From NCBI GenBank assembly GCA_030390025.1, contig CM059434.1, positions 122,512,001 through 122,576,000 of the forward strand: a stretch of 64,000 nucleotides of DNA, read 5' to 3'. The translations under genes were made by a program, and so were the position numbers. Source of the stretch: Squalus acanthias. Lineage: Eukaryota. Under the pieces are notes generated by a model. It had not been told where the DNA came from. It did no database searches and worked only from the letters and a program-made list of their open reading frames with translations. Below, one piece after another: positions 22,401 to 35,312 of this stretch (positions are counted from its first letter, which is position 1; every line of letters begins with the position of its first letter).

Positions 22401-25400
22401 ATTAATGACTTAGTACGCCATGGGCACAGTGTTGTGTTGTTTTACAATAACCACTACTATGATTGCTTTATAGTAGTAGAATTTATCGATGATCAAGGAT
22501 GCAGAAGGTGACTGTATCAGAGAAGCACTACAGATTGGATGCTGCTGTTGTCTTCTGAACAACAGCATTATATTCCCCTGCGAGTGGGCTCTCCACTGGA
22601 GGTACGAGGCTTGATTTTTCAGAAGTGAGTGAAAATCTGTTGAAGACCAGAGAATAGTATGGGCAGCATCTGACTCCAGGAGCCAAATTACAGGACCATA
22701 AAACTGTTGTTGCCTATTAATTCCCTGGAAAAGAAAACTACTGTAAACTTTCTTCTGTTTTCATTTAATCCCTTGGAAAATCAGATGATCAAGATCATCT
22801 TGATAATCTGTGATCATACAGACCTCAGTTCCCAGATCTGTTCTCCCTGTGAGAGATTCTAACTCTTGAATAAGTTCAGTTTTGTGAATCTCTTTTCATC
22901 TCTTGGAGCTCGTGGTACAATTTACTGTAAGTTTAGCATCAGAGTGAACTGATTTCCACTTCGTACCAACGCTAAACTTGCATTGTAAATCCGGAGTCGA
23001 GGCCCGAGCTGACTCCCGAGCAAAGTGGAGTTGGACTTCCTGGAGGCAGTAGTCTCGCATGTTTCGGTTTGACACGGCATGGAGTATAAATCCATTGCAC
23101 TGTCAAATCAAGGTGCTTCAGGATTCATTGGACCTCCCGACATTTGCTGTACCTCTCTTAATTTAAAATATTTAGAGAGCAGGGATTCTTCACTCTGCGC
23201 TCTCTAAATCTTTATGTTTCCAACCGTTTGAGGCGAACATTACTCATGCGTATATTGGCATGTACAGAGCTCTTTCCTGGGCAGGAGTTACAACCAGGTC
23301 GGAGCCAAGACATGTAAACACAGTTCTGCATGGCTGGAACCTGAACTCCAGCTGCTGGTCTCAGAATGGAACAAATGTTCCTAAATGGTCCAATATGTTG
23401 TCTAGTGGCTCTCTCCCTGCCATCTTTGAGTTTGCAATCAATTTACCCCACATTTACTTCCATAGAAGCCAGACAGATGAATAGATTTCTTGACATTTGA
23501 ACAAGGAAAACTGTACTGTATGACTGTACTAGGCAATAGATTTTGGAACACTAGAAGCATCCAGCCCACAACTGGTCTGTTTATCAGTTGGGAAATGCTT
23601 TATACTGAAGGAACCATTATGTATGGAAATTTAAAAGACTGCCCTGCACAGAAACTGAAAAAGGTTTGTGTTTTGATATTTGGACCAATAGGAGGCTCTT
23701 CAGTGTGTGATTATCTCCATTATATTTTCAAGATTTAGAGCTAGTTCCATCAAACGGACCAAGTCCAGGGTGATTCAGTCCATTTTATCATTGACTAAAT
23801 ATGGCATGTTTAGAGAATGATTAGTGCGGTATTAGCGGGTCTCCAACTGAACCTGAAATCCCCGTCAAATGCTTGCAAGATGAAAGAAACAGTGATGACG
23901 ACTGACAGATTTAATTTGGAACTGAAACACTTTTGAGTTGGCCATTATGCGAGCACTTTTAGCCATGGACCACGCCACTTTGCAGTGCTTTACCATCCAA
24001 GTTGAGTGCCTCATGACTAAAGTGCTACAAGCATAGAAAGTTTCAATAACCTATATGATGCATATACTACAGATTATTTTCTTTTATAAACTTATCAAGG
24101 CCATAACATCTGTGTCATTAATTACTTTGCATTGTTTATGGATTTGTTAGATATTTAAAAAATGTAAAATGTTGAGCCTATAGCTTCATTCTAGTCGTGT
24201 TCTATATACATGAGAGGAAGTTTGCAAAATATGGCTGCTTGGGAGCTGAATTTAGACTTGTAGTCTTGTGTGTCAACCTCTTTTTGAATCTGTTCCATCC
24301 TTGTTATTGAAAATTTGCTTAGAAGATCTTTACTTTATTTTAGTCTGAAAAGTGTCAATTACCGTATTGCTTAGTCACTTACTACACCAATTGGATCAGG
24401 TGTTAATATAGGATCAGAGCAGGATATTACTTATACCGCATTATTTTCGATGCAGAAACAACTCTGGTCCTCTGCTTCTATGTAGGCTGAACTAAGGTTC
24501 AAGAAATTCATTCTATTGTGGCTTCTGTGGAACTAAGGAATTGGGTAAATTGATGGGTAAATTGATCACAAATCCAAGGGCGACAGGGAGGAAGTCATTA
24601 AGGGAAATTATGGGCCATTCAAGAGCTTTAGTTCCATTATGAAATCATGGGATTGATGTGTTGAAGGGGATTCAGAAAAGGGTGATTCTGGGAATAAGGC
24701 TAATGATTTGGCCCATGTCAAATCCTATGATTTTTGTAGCCTCGCATGACTTTCAGCAGTATTTTTCCAAATTTCCTTTGGTAATTTATTAGCCTTAGTT
24801 TCGAGGGGAGGCTCAGAGAACTAAATCTTTTTCATTAAGAAAATATGCTCCCAATCTCTCTCAAATGCTGGAGGTGTCAATAATGTGCAAGATAAGCAAG
24901 TTATTTAATTTTGGATGTGAGCAAAGACCTGGAGCGCATGAGTACAAAAATAACAAAGCGTAAGTAAAATGAGATGGGAAGGATTCTCCTCCCCTCAGAA
25001 CAGTACATAAGTGGGCCAGCCTCCCAGCAAAAACAGTTAATGCTATGTTATTTCATAGCTTTTTAAAAAAAAATGAGCTGAATAAATATCCATTTAAGAG
25101 CAGCATTGAGGGTGTTAAGAATAAACATAGATAGAGATGACTAAATTCTCTCAGGAAAATGGTGATTCCTGAGCTGCAGGGAGCATCAAAGTGTTACGGC
25201 AAGAAAAATAACTGGTTAAGAATGAAATGATGTTCTGCTTGTTTTAGCTATGAAAAATCTCGCTGTATGAAAGAAACAGACTTAAGCCAGTACTGTTTTG
25301 AAATTGTACCAATATACTGCTTGTGTGATACTCGTAATTCATCATCTCAAAATGTTTCTACCACTCACCAATGGCAGATCTCTAACCATCGGTATTTCAC

Positions 25401-25714
25401 TGCAGTGTTAAACAGCTCAAAGTGTTCTCTCCAGATATGATCCAAGTTTGATATGACAGAATCTACAATAGTACTGCTGGCTGATTTTCATACTTCAAGT
25501 GAACACTGCATGAAAATTTCACATGTCCAACATTCACTTTAAACTTTGTTGAAATCCTAATGAAATATTGAAATCCCAAGAAAACCCTGTAGCTTGTGGG
25601 ATGGGAGAGTTTGGCGATGGGTAAACATGATTTTTTTTTAATGGACTAGATTATTACACATAATAAGTGTATGAGAATGCCATCTGAAGGTTGGGAATTG
25701 TCTGTAAAATCATT

Positions 25715-25860
25715 GAGGCAGGAACCCTGGCTTTTTCCTGTCCCCAAACCAGGCAAAAAAGCCAATGGTGGTGCCAGCATCACTGCTCCATCTGAGATAG
25801 GCTAACCCAGTAAAGACTGAGGATCGAATCTATTGTATACCACACACTAATCAGATGAAC
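25715..25860 (-). mobile_element. Old SINE-like fragment
   Basis: GCAGGAACCCTGGCT...GCCAATGGTGG...CTGAGATAGGCTAACCCAG...GGATCGAA resembles the reverse complement of 29120-29260. Confidence 0.55.
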
Positions 25861-28189
25861 ACAGGCTGTGATGAAGCCCACACCAAATGGTGACATCCTT
25901 AAATGGAAATGTAATTGTGTGGTTTTGGAAGGATATGGAACTAAGCAATTGGACACGTTTCTGTGCCGAGCCTTGAAACTCTCAGAAGGTTGTGGCTTCC
26001 ACAAGAGGGATGGCCACCAAGTGGTAAGTTTTTCAAAAAATGTTTATGGAAAACAAAAGCGGTGGGTTGTATTTTACAGACAAGTACATTTATTTATAAT
26101 TGCTTCTGACTGGTCACGTAAGTGTCTTTTATTTTTGATTGAGGGATACTTGTAGCAAATTGTAGACATCCCACACAATCCATTGGGGAGCAGTATATGA
26201 GGTGTTGCCAGGATCAAAAAGAGCAATGCCGACCGCCTGAATGCCACCAGTACAGCAATGCTACAGTTAGGTAACAGATTATGTGTAAGAAAAATCTCTG
26301 ACTGCAGCTACTGGGATTGTAAATACTGTTTGAGTATTAACTCTCGTCCTACTGAGTTGCCTCAAGTATTAGTAAAGCACACACACATGATTTAATTTTT
26401 ATTTTATCTCCCTCTTTTCCTCAGATATAATTTTAAGTATAATTGTCACAATTGAATTTATGACAGTATAGTAAGTTGCAGCTGAGGATAGCCTACTTTT
26501 CACCCGTTGCAGACTACTGTACTTTTGCTTGTTCATGATAGGTGAAAACCAGCTTGCTGTTGAGTCAGCTTTTGATTATCTATTTCAGCAATGCCAGCAC
26601 TGGGAAAATTATACCCCAGGATATGATGTAGCTGGAATAGTTCCTTCCTAGTTTTTTGTTTGAAAGAGTGGGTTGATTTTCTTCTCTTTTGAAAAGATCT
26701 TTTGTACTTGCTTTTGCTCTTAAACTGTGGAAAGAGCAAAAGTAAGTGTTTTCCTGAAGATATGCTGGTTGTAGCGGTGCTCAAAATTAAGGCTGCTGGA
26801 TCGCTGGTCAAAGTAGACTAGCAGCTGACAAAAGTAACTGACCCACTAAATAAAAATCCACTGATCCTATATAATAGAAACCTTACTCAAGCCATTATGC
26901 ACATTTGTTTATTGAAGGTGGATTCTAAAACAAATCCCATTTAAGTTCTCTTCGTGTGACTATTGTGAGCATTTATATAATACACAGTTGTAAAACAAAA
27001 AAGCACCTGAGGGTAATGTGAGAACATTATTCTATAAAATTATACCACATTTTACAATGGTATCAACATGTTCTTAAATGTTTTAAATCCTAATTGTTCT
27101 GTGAGGGACTGGGAGCCAATGATTCGCTCGCTGGTCTTTTGCTTCCAAAAAGACTTGCGTTCAATTCCATGGGATAAAAGGGTGAAATTAGTTTGGACAG
27201 TCACAACCTGGTTGCTAGTGAGTGGAGGTCCATAGCGCAAAACTACCCATTTATGTGGCATTAATCAGAGAGGTCACACAGATGGCTGATGGAAAAAGTC
27301 TTGCTCCTCAAAAAAGAGGAAGCAACTGATACCACATTTGAGCTTTATTACTTTGAGTTTATTCCAAACATGTTGGTTTATTGAACAGACCCATTGGTTG
27401 CTTCACCACAACCAATTTGTTTGCGATTGCTGATGAATAATTTGCTAACTGTGTGTTCTTAGCTTTTAATTGCAGGAAGGACATGCAGTAATCATCCACA
27501 AATAGATCCCTAACCTGTGTAATTCCTTAGGTTTCTCATTGCTTACTCGGCTTATTTTAATTATCCCATTGTTCAAAATGCAGTTCTCCAGAGCCTGCGA
27601 TTTCACCTCTAGCCAATTGGCTGACGTTTGAGCCATCCTCTATCAATAGTGCACCACTATTTTGCTCACTTCAAACCTGGCAGACTGCCAGCTATAATGC
27701 AATTTGATTTAATTTCATTGGCTACACTTAGTCTAATGTGGTTAACAATAGCACAGCTTTGGTGTTCTTATAACTCAATCCTGAACACAAAGACAAGGTT
27801 CCATACAGTTCAATCTTGTACCACCATTTCCAATTTGCAGTGCCAGTTTCAGGAATCAGATTGTGGTCCACTTGGATTTAAAATTAAGTTGATCGCCATA
27901 ATTTTTGAATCATTAAGAAAAAATCCTTTAATTTATATCTTAATTAAAACTATGCTGTTCATTTCATAATGGCAAATTGTTCCATAATTTCAAATCTATT
28001 TTTACCTGATTAAGTATTATATCATCATTTCAGAACACTTCTATGCAAAGGAAACATATCTTGTACTAATTTGCTGTGCTTGATGTCTCCTTATTGCAGT
28101 GTGGCAGAGATCAGATCACCGGAGTGCATAGATGGAGTTTACCGCTCAGACTGTGCTGCTGCCAGCGTTCAATCTTTCCTTCCTTATAC

Positions 28190-28840
28190 CCTCCCAACCC
28201 CTGGAAGGAAGCCCCTGAAATTGGATGCTGTGTGTTACTACCACTACTACTCTACCTTCCCCAAATATGAAAAGTTTTCAATCTTATTATGCTGTCTTCC
28301 ACATCGGCATAAATTCATTTAGATCTAGTCTGAGATCACACTGTTACTGATTTATGCATCCAGTGCTCCTCTGGTACTTTTTGCCATGGTTCATCTCTCC
28401 CCAGCTTCAAAGCCAACCTTTTTGACCTCTCCTTCAGTTACCTCCCCTAACTCTTCTCCCAATGTTTTTTTTATTTGTTCATGGGATGTGGGTGTCACTG
28501 GCAAGGCCCAGCATTTATTGCCCATCCCTAATTGCCCTTGAGATGGTGGTGGTGAGCCGCCGCCTTGAACCGCTGCTGGGCCATTTCAGAGGGCAGTTAA
28601 GAGTCAACCACATTGCTGTGGGTCTGGAGTCACATATAGGCCAGACCAGGTAAGGACGGCAGATTTCCTTCCCTAAAGGACATCAGTGAACCAGATGGGT
28701 TTTTACAACAATCCGGTAGTTTCATGGTCACCATTACGTATTCCTAATTGGTATCCGATTATTTTTTTCCCCTCTTTCGTACGAAATGCCCTGGGGTGTT
28801 TCGCTACATTAATGGTGCTATGCGGATGCAAATTGTTGTT
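28190..28840 (+). mobile_element. Decayed L2 3' region interrupted by a SINE
   Basis: AAAGCCAACCTTTTTGACC...CCCCTAAC before 28460; GCCCTGGGGTGTTTCGCTACATTAATGGTGCTAT...AAATTGTTGTT tail after 28760. Left boundary uncertain. Confidence 0.5.
28465..28737 (-). mobile_element. 5'-truncated SINE body carrying the 3' tail of the LINE family at 31913 and 40503
   Basis: TCATGGGATGTGGG...ATTTATTGCCCATCCCTAATTGCCCTTGAG tail joined to unrelated body GGGCAGTTAAGAGTCAACCACATTGCTGTGGGTCTGGAG. Confidence 0.8.
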
Positions 28841-29074
28841 TTCCATAAACAAAGATTATAATACTGCTTGTAGTGCTGCAATGCAATCTTTTTCCCTTGG
28901 AACTGGGTGAAATTATGTGATACAATAACAATCCCACTTATGTTTCAAATTATAGAATCTAAATCATTTTTGCAAGGTATTAGCTACTTAAGTCTTTATT
29001 AAAACTAAGAGCGAGCTCCAGTTAGTAACCCGCTCCTCAGGGCCATTTCTGCCAACTTTCCACATAGAGCTATA

Positions 29075-29450
29075 ATCATAGGGGCTGAGTTGGTGAATGT
29101 ACCATGTGATGCAGCACTGAGCCACGCAAGGGACCCGGTTTGATCACTGGTTTGTGCTGAGTTGGCTGATCTTAGCCATGGCTGTGGTGAAAACTCTACA
29201 GTTGGCCTCACCATTCTGGAGCAAAGGAGGAGAAAAGTCAGCCTTGGTTCCTGCTCCTGAATACTATCCAGGGACAGCTGCTGGAAAATATGTGTATATA
29301 ACCTCTGGGTGAGACTAGGATTGCGTTGATATATGATGCTCCTTCCCCCAGTCTCTCATTCTGCGGGTACTTGCTGTGTGAGGTCACTTGGCCATGTTAC
29401 GAAAGGGCTACCAGCACCTGTGGTCTATACAGGAGCATGAATCATCAACT
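29075..29450 (+). mobile_element. Old tRNA-derived-like SINE
   Basis: GCACTGAGCCACGC..GGTTTGATC (B-box-like)..GTGCTGAGTTGGCTGATCTTAGCC..CAGTTGGCCTCA..GGTTCCTGCTCCTGA. Confidence 0.6.
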
Positions 29451-31912
29451 TTAATAAAAGTTTGTGTTAATGTTTGTGATTAGGTATACAATGTTGAAAA
29501 GACTGATGCTGTCATGTATTGGATAAACACACACATACAAGATGCCATTGATGATGTATGATGTGAAATCACAGGTTTAACTATTGACAAAGAATTTAGA
29601 AAAGTTCAAAAGAAAATTCAGATTGGTTGACATATTTAATTCTTGTTCAGTTTTATTTTTATCACTGATTCACTCAGTAACCAAGTCTTTGTTTATCAGT
29701 GAGGTGATTTCTTGGAATTTTGATTACAGTGATGTTGCTGTTTAGCCATTTCTACATCGCTGGTCAACATGACTAAATGTGAAATTGCAATTGAATTGAC
29801 TCCCATGAGAACATTGAGTTAGGAGGGTCAAACAAATCAGTTTAGCTTTTCTCCCTTAGGAAAACTGATAATAGAATCTATCCAAATAGTTTACATGCCT
29901 TTGCAAAATAACTGCTGTGACTAAGCTATGCATGGTTAGTATTGTAAGCCCTTCAGCCTTTTTTCATTGCAGCCAAAAATGCTACATATTTTCAATAGCT
30001 GCGTACAGTAGTGTTGTTCACTGCTTTAGTTGTTACACCCCACCCCATTTTCTTACTCTCTCCCATCAGTGTTGGTCACTTCCAGTGAAACCGGTTATAG
30101 ACTCTGGTACTTTGTTTAGACTGTAGCCCTGTCTGTGGTGCCAGGACTAACACTATAGTGTATGTTTCTCCAGAGTCACAAACTGCAGCCTTGTGAACTC
30201 TTCACACTCCCCGCTTCCAGAGGAAATGTGCCATCAGGGGCAGAAGCAATGGTGTAGTGCTGGATCCTCAGGTCACCATTTTATTCTAGCGTGACAGACT
30301 GAACTGTCGGCCCACGCATAGGCCACCAATGTGATATCCAAACAGCTGAGAGACCAGTATGGACCCTCACAAGATCAAGGGGAGTCCCACAGTCTGAAAT
30401 GCAAAGTTGTGAATATGACTTTTGTACAGCTGCATATACTCAGCTGCATGTGCACAATGTTGTCGCCAGAACTTTGAATCTTCCTCACAGTGCCAAAAAG
30501 GTAAATTCGGCATACTAGCAGCTCCATTGTATTGCAAAAAAGGTTTCCACGGGAAGTGGTTCCACAATAGAAATGGAGTATTAGCTCTAACTTCAAGTAG
30601 TATCATCAAATGTATGTACAAAAAATTAGCAACTTTGCCAGGCACTACTACCAGTGGAGTAATATTTTTGTATAAATTTTTTCACAATTTAGAAAACTTC
30701 ATAGGATTTATCAAACACAGTATCAACTGGACTTTTTCAAGGTTTTTCATCTATGTTTTGTTCCACTTATTTTTGAGGCCGTGAATTATATTTTGAAGCC
30801 TCTACCTTTGTCTGTTTTTACTTTCTTCAGTCTTAGACCATCTCCCTATAACTTCTTCTTCCCTCAATCTACTCCAACTAAGCTTAATATTTGGTCCTTC
30901 CAAGTAATCCTGCAACCGGTGCAAAATCAAAATAGCCTGAACCTGCCATCTGGAGATGGTCTCCCTCAAGATGCAAAAGTGCTGAACTGATGCCAGTCAG
31001 ACTAATGCAATTCATGCAGCTAATTTGAAGTATAAACCAGTTTGCAGGAACTACACCGTGAGACTTGGTTGCAGATGTGTGGTGAGCGTGAAGTAGGACC
31101 ATTCAGCATGAGATCAAGTCCATTTTATTAAAAAGAAATAAAAGACGATTTGATCAGGATTACAATTGCATCAGCATAAGACTATATCCGTATTAATCTT
31201 AGTCGGACTCCAATTAATAGGCATTTTTACCTTGAGAGTGTGCTTTTGATGGCAGCCATGTTAACTCTTCCTCTGGCTACACCAATTCTTAATATAAAGG
31301 TGGCAATCTCTAGAGCTCAGATGTTCTAGTAGACCAAAACTAGAGTTAGATTAGGCATCTTCTATTCTGGTTTAGGAAATGCACAGATACAGTTAAGTGC
31401 ATTTGCACACTTGCATCATGATGTTTAATGTGCAAACACACAGAAAGGACTCTGCATCAATTCTAAGGCTCAACTATGACATTCTGTCTCTCTCCTGCAT
31501 GTACCATCTATAGTTGTACCAAGGGGATTTTGTACAACCGGAAGCTATCTATCAACTCTTATCCCTCCTTCAAGTGATCCATCTACTCTCCAACTCTCTT
31601 CATTCATGCACAGTTGTGAAAATCATGGTCATGGGGAGGCTAGAGCACAGCAGGTCTCTGCTTGTGCACTGCTCTCCAAGGGACCCCAACTATAATGCAG
31701 AAGTGCCTTGCAATGAGGTCTTCAGCTAGGCTGACACTGCCCAACTTGTTCAAACGCAGACTGCCATAAACATATATTTAAATACCCTCAGGGTAGTTGC
31801 TGGTCATTATTTTTAGCATTCTTATAAAAACAAAATTACCTTTTGTAATAAAGGACTATAGTTATCCTGGCAAACATGTAATTAGCTTTTTAATATTTAC
31901 CATTTAAAACAT

Positions 31913-32135
31913 TTTTTTTATGGGATGTGGGCGTCGCTGGCAAGGCCAGCATTTATTGCCCATCCCTAGTTGCCCTTGAGAAGGTGGTGGTGAGCTGCCT
32001 TCTTGAACCGCTGCAGTCCGTGTGGTGAAGGTGCTCCCACAGTGCTGTTAGGTAGGGAGTTCCAAGATTTTGACCCAGCGACGATTTTGACCCAGTGAAG
32101 GATCAGCGATATACTTCTAAGTCAGGATGGTGTGT
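31913..32135 (-). mobile_element. LINE 3' end (CR1/Jockey-group family)
   Basis: Reverse complement of ~40660-40860; internal GATTTTGACCCAG duplication. Confidence 0.88.
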
Positions 32136-33458
32136 AACCGACCAACCAAACAGAATGACTTTCCTTTGATAGAATGTAGAGTGCATCATACACATTTTGC
32201 TTTGCTCTTTTAATCTCTACATATTGTTAATCTTTAGTTTCCCATCTTCTTCCTGTGCAGCAACAATGATACTTGATACGTGTAAAAATGTGAGCAGCTT
32301 TCACTACATTCAGTGTAACCAAGGATAATGACTGTGAAGCACCGAGTATTTTCTACTGTGGAAAAAATATATAGTCCCAAGCTGAGATTCTTTTTACTGG
32401 TACATAAATCTTAATTTTTTTTTGTACTGAGTAAATTGTATTTTGGGGAAAAATACGGAAGTATTTTAGAAGATACTTGAGTGGTTGAATGGGTCTTTAG
32501 GACAGTGCATGTCTAAAGTACATATTTAGAGAATTCCTTTTGGGAGGGGAGGGGAGAAAGTCCTGTTTGTGCTGTGGTTCTTTTATACTTGTAAATTGCA
32601 CCTTGTTTCCCTTAAAGGAGAAGATCAAGTGTAAGGCAAAGTACTTTCTGTGTTAAATACTATCTTCCCCATCTAGTTTGCGAGGGGAGGAAGAATCTTA
32701 TTAATACCTCCTACCTTGCAGGATTCCAGCCATTTCAGTTCAAAGCTGCTCAACTCTTGTCAGCTGTGTCGGTCTTCATGGAGTTCAGCAGTGATCAATA
32801 CCCTTTTTAGTACTGGATGCTGATCTGGAGGCAATAAAGACCAGAAAATTGGGTACTAATTATATTCTGCTGTGTACTCAGCCATTCTCTGATGGCAAGA
32901 AGGACTGGGAAAAAAATGTCAATCAATGTTCAACTGAGTGCAGTTCCAAAGGGCCTATTGCTGAGTGGCTCTACAGCAAGTTTGAGACCTGAAATGGTAG
33001 GTCTCCAGAAGAAGGCTGCAATTAATAGTAAAACAATAAATTTCTTCCTGGATATGAGACCCTAACTAGAGAGGACAGCTACATCTGCTTTTTAATAGTT
33101 AATGTTTGAATATATTTTTGATCTGGATCAATTACTGTAGGTAAATTTTCTCCGTGCAGTTCAATCATCACATGCAAAGAGGGTAATATCCAACATATGG
33201 AGGAAAGTCAAGTTGTAAGAAGTCCATGTGGGGTAACTCTCCCACTTAACCTTGCTCTGGATATATTTTAATTGAAGAGGACAGCAAAATGACATCCAGC
33301 ATTTTTCAGTAGTACAAAACCAGCTCAGTTTTTTTTTAAGTCCTTATAGTCTGTCAGTATCACATCAGGCTAAAAAAAATAGGGATACACTGGCAATGGG
33401 CTTTATACATAGAAGATTTTCTGCTTTGATTTCTCGGCCCTCTTTTTGGGAATGACAT

Positions 33459-34080
33459 GAGCCCACATTTTGCGGTGGTAATGATGGCGAACTGTCAGCA
33501 TCCGCCACAGGCTGCGCTGTGTAACTCCCCATAGCCAGCAATCAATTGAAATCACTTGAACTGACGAAAACCTATCCTTTTCCGCTGTAATATCGCTGTT
33601 AAACAACCCATTAAAAGTTAAGCCTTGTTGGAATATGTGTAACTGGGGTTTTAATGGCATATTGACTGCTGAACAACCCTACTGGGCCTGAAAAACTAAT
33701 TTTATATTTGTGGAATGTCAAATTTCTCCATTATGATAAAATTACTAGATTTTTAAAATATTTTTTTTTAATTTAAAGTTGGTTTATGATATTTCAGCTT
33801 CTCACTTAACCCCATATGTATGTCCCATTCTTTATTTAGCTCTCTGTATAAAAAGTGAATTGATAATCAGTGCTTTTTAGTTCCTGGTTTGCTGTCTGAG
33901 AATTTTTCAATGTGATTGGCTGTTTAGACAACTTGATGACATCACTACTGCTCTACACCAGGGATCCTCTTTTGACAGCGCTCCAATCAATTTAACGTCG
34001 AGAAAGCTAAAGTTTTTGCCACAGAGGTCACGAGAGATCTCTTTGTAGGCAGCTTCGCAGCTGACCGCAAATTCCGGGCC
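33459..34080. mobile_element. Non-autonomous DNA transposon (PIF/Harbinger-ISL2EU-like MITE)
   Basis: AT|GAGCCCACATTTTGCGGT ... ACCGCAAATTCCGGGCC|AT imperfect TIRs; AT-rich core as in 11198-11951. Confidence 0.65.
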
Positions 34081-34128
34081 ATTGAGCCTATTATACAAGG
34101 CTCCTCTCAGTCATGGCAGGAATAGTAT

Positions 34129-35010
34129 TCAAACAGTGCTCGAGCTGTTCAAGGTACTTTGGACCTGTTCCCCAGATAGCTTCTTTTCAGTATAGGGAAG
34201 CACCAGTAGCCTGTTCTGTAAATCAGGCAGAAAGCTGGACATCTTTAACCAGGCAAATGAGTGCAGAGCAATCTCATGAGCTGCCATTCTGGCATCTGTA
34301 TCCATGACGTCCAAGGATGATCTGCAACAGCATTACTCGCTAAACATTATTCATATTTGGCTTGGGCTGCAGTCCTGGTGACCGGAGAGCCCTGTGCTGT
34401 AGCTTTGTCCATCTGGGTGTTCTGTTTATGAATACATTTCACCAATCCCCTTGAAATTATGCTATTCGCATTGGAAAGATTCTTTAGTCACGCAGCCACC
34501 GACTCCAAGACTCCAAACATTGCCGTGCACTAGCTCTGTTGGTACCGAGATATTAATTTGCTTGGGAGACTTTTGATATACTGTTCGCATCCTGGGAAGC
34601 ATACTTCTCTTCCACTACCTGCTTCCCATCTCGGGTTTTAGAGAAGATGCGATAAACGCCTGGTAGCTTAGCATCAAAACCAGTAGCACCAGGGGAACGA
34701 GTCAAAACCACAGTTTCAGGTGTCAGACAACTTGATGGACTCTGGAACTGCAATGGCGCTAATAATATAGAAGTTGCAAATATCACTAACTGGACAATAT
34801 CCAACATCTGCTTGGGGAGAGTAATAGTGGCTACTACCATAAGCTCCGTGGTAGATATTCCTATGTTTCAAGGAAACCAATTGACACAGGGTATAACTAA
34901 ATGAGATCAGAGCCTTCAAATGGGTGTCAATATCGATGTTGATTGAGCTCAAGTCTACAACTGAAACCAATTCAATGTCTCTACTCGCAGAGTGGTAACC
35001 CTGCTTCAGC
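34129..35010 (-). mobile_element. Decayed DIRS1-type retrotransposon ORF1 (gag, LAP2alpha-like domain)
   Basis: LDVMDTDARMAAHEIALHSFAWLKMSSFLPDLQNRLLVLPYTEKKLSGEQV resembles, from memory, the DIRS1 ORF1 motif D..D.AAR.MA.....R..WL..S......Q.....LPF....LFG; collinear upstream pieces are broken by stops and frameshifts. Confidence 0.65.
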
Positions 35011-35013
35011 ATT

Positions 35014-35312
35014 GAGGCCCCGTCTACCCTCTCAGGTGGATGTAAAAGATCCCATGGCACTATTTTGAACAAGAGCAGGGGAGTTATCCCCGGTCTCCTG
35101 GGCAATATTTATCCCTCAATCAACATCACTAAAAAAAACAGATTACTGTGTCTGGTCATTATCACATTGCTTTTTTTGGGAGCTTGCTGTGCGCAAATTG
35201 GCTGCCATGTTTCTTGCATTACAACAGTGACTACACTTCAAAAGTACTTAATTGGCTGTAAAGCACTTTGGGACGTCCTGAGGCCGTGAAAAGCGCTATA
35301 GAAATACAGATT
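35014..35312 (+). mobile_element. 5'-truncated Deu-domain SINE
   Basis: GAGGCCCCGTCTACCCTCTCAGGTGGATGTAAAAGATCCCATGGC...AGCGCTATAGAAAT. Confidence 0.9.

Noticed and set aside
23164-23214. Hairpin ATTTAGAGAGC/GCTCTCTAAAT
   Set aside because: Only 11 perfect bp with an imperfect extension; too short to support a call.
24542-24567. Short tandem duplications (TGGGTAAATTGA twice; similar near 4274 and 20572)
   Set aside because: Ordinary slippage; no array or spacer structure.
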